DNA of 64,000 nucleotides from Escherichia coli (GTDB lineage Bacteria; Pseudomonadota; Gammaproteobacteria; Enterobacterales; Enterobacteriaceae): NCBI RefSeq assembly GCF_013315695.1, contig NZ_CP054353.1; one strand, 5' to 3'. Shown piece by piece: positions 60,860 to 64,000 of this stretch (position 1 is its first letter; each line of letters starts with the position of its first letter). The notes under the pieces were generated by a model. It saw only the letters and a program-made list of their open reading frames with translations, ran no database searches and was not told where the DNA came from. The position numbers and the translations under genes were made by a program.

Positions 60860-63401
60860 TCTTGTTATTGACCTTAGTCTGGATGCTGTCCGTTTCGATG
60901 AGCAGATGAGCCGGGTAAGGCGTCATTTTTCAGGTCTGGATACCGACGCCAGAAAAACCGCCAGTGCTGTTGAACAGGGCCTGAGCCGCCAGGCGCTGGC
61001 TGCACAAAAAGCAGGGATTTCCGTCGGGCAGTATAAAGCGGCCATGCGAACCCTGCCCGCACAGTTTACGGATATCGCCACGCAGCTTGCCGGTGGTCAG
61101 AATCCCTGGCTGATCCTGCTGCAACAGGGCGGTCAGGTGAAGGACTCCTTCGGCGGGATGATCCCCATGTTCAGGGGGCTTGCCGGTGCGATCACCCTGC
61201 CGATGGTCGGGGTCACCTCGCTGGCGGTGGCGACAGGTGCGCTGGTGTACGCCTGGTACCAGGGAGATTCCACGCTTTCAGCGTTTAATAAAACCCTGGT
61301 TCTTTCCGGTAATCAGTCCGGACTGACTGCCGATCGCATGCTGACGCTCTCCAGAGCCGGACAGGCCGCAGGGCTGACGTTTAACCAGGCGAGTGAGTCA
61401 CTGGCAGCCATGGTGAATGCCGGTGTGCGTGGTGGTGAACAGTTTGATGCCATCAACCAGAGTGTCGCGCGTTTTGCGTCTGCATCCGGTGTGGAGGTGG
61501 ACAAGGTTGCAGAGGCTTTCGGAAAACTGACCACTGACCCGACGTCGGGGCTGATTGCGATGGCGAAGCAGTTCCATAACGTGACGGCGGAGCAGATTGC
61601 GTATGTTGCTCAGTTGCAGCGTTCCGGCGATGAAACCGGGGCATTGCAGGCGGCGAACGAGGCCGCAACGAAAGGGTTTGATGACCAGACCCGCCGCCTG
61701 AAAGAGAACATGGGCACGCTGGAGACCTGGGCAGACAGGACAGCGCGGGCATTCAAATCCATGTGGGATGCGGTGCTGGATATTGGTCGTCCTGATACCG
61801 CGCAGGAGATGCTGATTAAGGCAGAGGCTGCGTTTAAGAAAGCAGACGACATCTGGAATCTGCGCAAGGATGATTATTTTGTTAACGATGAAGCGCGGGC
61901 GCGTTACTGGGATGATCGTGAAAAGGCCCGTCTTGCGCTTGAAGCCGCCCGAAAGAAGGCTGAGCAGCAGACTCAACAGGACAAAAATGCGCAGCAGCAG
62001 AGCGATACCGAAGCGTCACGGCTGAAATATACCGAAGAGGCGCAGAAGGCTTACGAACGGCTGCAGACGCCGCTGGAGAAATATACCGCCCGTCAGGAAG
62101 AACTGAACAAGGCACTGAAAGACGGGAAAATCCTGCAGGCGGATTACAACACGCTGATGGCGGCGGCGAAAAAGGATTATGAAGCGACGCTGAAAAAGCC
62201 GAAACAGTCCGGCGTGAAGGTGTCTGCGGGCGATCGTCAGGAAGACAGTGCTCATGCTGCCCTGCTGACGCTTCAGGCAGAACTCCGGACGCTGGAGAAG
62301 CATGCCGGAGCAAATGAGAAAATCAGCCAGCAGCGCCGGGATTTGTGGAAGGCGGAGAGTCAGTTCGCGGTACTGGAGGAGGCGGCGCAACGTCGCCAGC
62401 TGTCTGCACAGGAGAAATCCCTGCTGGCGCATAAAGATGAGACGCTGGAGTACAAACGCCAGCTGGCTGCACTTGGCGACAAGGTTACGTATCAGGAGCG
62501 CCTGAACGCGCTGGCGCAGCAGGCGGATAAATTCGCACAGCAGCAACGGGCAAAACGGGCCGCCATTGATGCGAAAAGCCGGGGGCTGACTGACCGGCAG
62601 GCAGAACGGGAAGCCACGGAACAGCGCCTGAAGGAACAGTATGGCGATAATCCGCTGGCGCTGAATAACGTCATGTCAGAGCAGAAAAAGACCTGGGCGG
62701 CTGAAGACCTGCTTCGCGGGAACTGGATGGCAGGCCTCAGGTCCGGCTGGAGTGAGTGGGAAGAGAGTGCCACGGACAGTATGTCGCAGGTAAAAAGTGC
62801 TGCCACGCAGACCTTTGACGGTATTGCACAGAATATGGCAGCGATGCTGACCGGCAGCGAACAGAACTGGCGTGGTTTCACCCGTTCTGTGCTGTCCATG
62901 CTGACAGAGATTTTTCTGAAGCAGGCGATGGTGGGGATAGTCGGGAGTATCGGCAGCGCCATTGGCGGTGCTTTCGGTGGTGGTGCGTCTGCCTCCACGG
63001 GGACGGCCATTCAGGCTGCGGCGGCGAACTTCCATTTCGCGACCGGGGGATTTACGGGGACGGGGGGTAAATATGAACCTGCGGGGATTGTTCATCGCGG
63101 GGAGTTTGTCTTCACGAAGGAGGCGACCAGCCGGATTGGTGTCGGCAATCTGTACCGCCTGATGCGGGGCTATGCGGAAGGTGGTTATGTCGGCGGTGCC
63201 GGAAGTCCGGCGCAGATGCGGCGGGCGGAAGGCATTAATTTTAATCAGAACAATCACGTGGTGATTCAGAACGACGGCCCCAACGGGCGGGCAGGGCCGC
63301 AGCTGATGAAAGCGGTGTATGAGATGGCCCGCAAGGGGGCACAGGATGAACTCCGGCTGCAGTTGCGTGATGGCGGTATGTTATCAGGGAGCGGTGGATG
63401 A
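60840..63401 (+). CDS. H: tape measure protein gpH
   Basis: 853 aa, the same length as lambda H. Long alpha-helical/coiled-coil centre and a Gly-rich C-terminal part. Confidence 0.9.
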   Translation: MSQPVGDLVIDLSLDAVRFDEQMSRVRRHFSGLDTDARKTASAVEQGLSRQALAAQKAGISVGQYKAAMRTLPAQFTDIATQLAGGQNPWLILLQQGGQVKDSFGGMIPMFRGLAGAITLPMVGVTSLAVATGALVYAWYQGDSTLSAFNKTLVLSGNQSGLTADRMLTLSRAGQAAGLTFNQASESLAAMVNAGVRGGEQFDAINQSVARFASASGVEVDKVAEAFGKLTTDPTSGLIAMAKQFHNVTAEQIAYVAQLQRSGDETGALQAANEAATKGFDDQTRRLKENMGTLETWADRTARAFKSMWDAVLDIGRPDTAQEMLIKAEAAFKKADDIWNLRKDDYFVNDEARARYWDDREKARLALEAARKKAEQQTQQDKNAQQQSDTEASRLKYTEEAQKAYERLQTPLEKYTARQEELNKALKDGKILQADYNTLMAAAKKDYEATLKKPKQSGVKVSAGDRQEDSAHAALLTLQAELRTLEKHAGANEKISQQRRDLWKAESQFAVLEEAAQRRQLSAQEKSLLAHKDETLEYKRQLAALGDKVTYQERLNALAQQADKFAQQQRAKRAAIDAKSRGLTDRQAEREATEQRLKEQYGDNPLALNNVMSEQKKTWAAEDLLRGNWMAGLRSGWSEWEESATDSMSQVKSAATQTFDGIAQNMAAMLTGSEQNWRGFTRSVLSMLTEIFLKQAMVGIVGSIGSAIGGAFGGGASASTGTAIQAAAANFHFATGGFTGTGGKYEPAGIVHRGEFVFTKEATSRIGVGNLYRLMRGYAEGGYVGGAGSPAQMRRAEGINFNQNNHVVIQNDGPNGRAGPQLMKAVYEMARKGAQDELRLQLRDGGMLSGSGG

Positions 63402-63727
63402 AAACCTTTCGCTGGAAAGTGAAGCCGGATATGGAGGTGAACTCGCAGCCATCGGTGCGTGAAGTGCGTTTTGGTGACGGGTACTCACAGCGTATGGCGG
63501 CAGGGCTGAATGCTGACCTGAAAACATACAGGGTGACGCTTTCCGTGACCCGGGAGGAGGCCCGGCATCTGGAAGCGTTCCTGGCAGAGCACGGTGGCTG
63601 GAAGGCATTTTTGTGGAAGCCACCCTATGCATACCGGCAGATAAAGGTGACCTGTGCCGGGTGGTCTGCGCGGGTCGGGATGTTGCGCGTTGAGTTCAGC
63701 GCGGAGTTTAAGCAGGTGGTGAACTGA
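63398..63727 (+). CDS. M: minor tail protein gpM
   Basis: 109 aa. Lambda M size and position. ATGA overlaps with both neighbours. Confidence 0.9.
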   Translation: MKTFRWKVKPDMEVNSQPSVREVRFGDGYSQRMAAGLNADLKTYRVTLSVTREEARHLEAFLAEHGGWKAFLWKPPYAYRQIKVTCAGWSARVGMLRVEFSAEFKQVVN

Positions 63728-64000
63728 TGCAGGATATTCGCGAAGAAAGTCTGAACGAGTCGGTTAAGTCAGAGCAGTCACCGCGGGTGGTACTCTGGGA
63801 AATCGACCTGACGGTACAGGGTGGTGAGCGGTATTTTTTCTGTAATGAGCTGAATGAAAAAGGGGAGCCGGTCACCTGGCAGGGGCGTAAGTATGAGGCA
63901 TACCCGATTGACGGCAGCGGCTTTGAGATGAACGGCCGGGGCAGCAGTGCCAGACCGTCGCTGACGGTGTCCAATCTGTTCGGTCTGGTCACCGGGATGG
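63727..64000 (+). CDS. L: minor tail protein gpL, 5' part (continues beyond the window)
   Basis: ATG 63727. MQDIREESLNESVKSEQSPRVVLWEIDLTVQGGERYFFCNELNEKGEPVTWQGRKYEAYPIDGSGFEMNG... has the lambda L pattern. Not in the ORF track because it runs off the window. Confidence 0.85.
   Translation, partial: MQDIREESLNESVKSEQSPRVVLWEIDLTVQGGERYFFCNELNEKGEPVTWQGRKYEAYPIDGSGFEMNGRGSSARPSLTVSNLFGLVTGM

Larger units (their letters stand above)
25029..64000. mobile_element. lambdoid prophage in mlrA/yehV (left end to tail gene L; continues beyond the window)
   Basis: int-xis, early-left genes, cI/cro immunity, replication, NinR-type genes, Q, tRNAs, lysis, cos, and the lambda-like head and tail gene order. 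Confidence 0.9.

Noticed and set aside
61398-63257. Minus-strand ORFs 61398-61976, 62016-62546, 62492-63010 and 62676-63257.
   Set aside because: They are antisense to the tape-measure gene. Long open antisense frames are common in this low-stop, repetitive coding sequence.

Overview
This window is Escherichia coli chromosome in three parts.

(1) 1-9021: ybjS'-ybjT-ltaE-poxB-hcr-hcp-lysO(ybjE), all on the minus strand.

(2) About 9229-10610: an IS110-family (IS1111-like) insertion sequence. It sits in the central loop of a ~145-bp imperfect palindrome. It separates lysO from yohP-mdtQ-yohF-yohD-yohC-pbpG-dld-bglX-osmF-yehYXW-yohO (10840-24281). From my memory of the K-12 map, that block lies ~1.3 Mb away in the opposite orientation, so the window crosses a rearrangement junction.

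(3) 25029 to beyond 64000: a mosaic lambdoid prophage integrated in mlrA (yehV), whose 5' end is cut off.
- It has an e14-like immunity region (S24 repressor, cro, ymfL-like).
- The structural module is lambda-like (cos, nu1, A, W, B, C, D, E, FI, FII, Z, U, V, G/GT, H, M, L').
- The lysis cassette is phage-21-like (pinholin, SAR endolysin, Rz/Rz1).
- The layout Q - ileZ/argN/argO-like tRNAs - nanS-p matches Stx phages, but there are no stx genes.

Most interesting observations:
- Two tandem P1-immI-like modules. Each has a structured c4-type antisense RNA candidate whose pairing segments co-vary with sites over the ribosome-binding site of a Rha gene.
- A candidate bridge/seek RNA in the IS 3' untranslated part, with matches to the flanking target.
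- A ~450-nt ORF-free PL leader ending in a DicF-like sRNA and terminator, with no N gene.
- A LexA DNA-binding-domain-only protein next to an SOS box in front of a KilA-N gene.
- Low-GC morons after Q.
- Two frameshifts at G6 runs (terminase large subunit and a ymfM-like gene).

Gene names are recognised from translated sequence and memory. No database search was possible.
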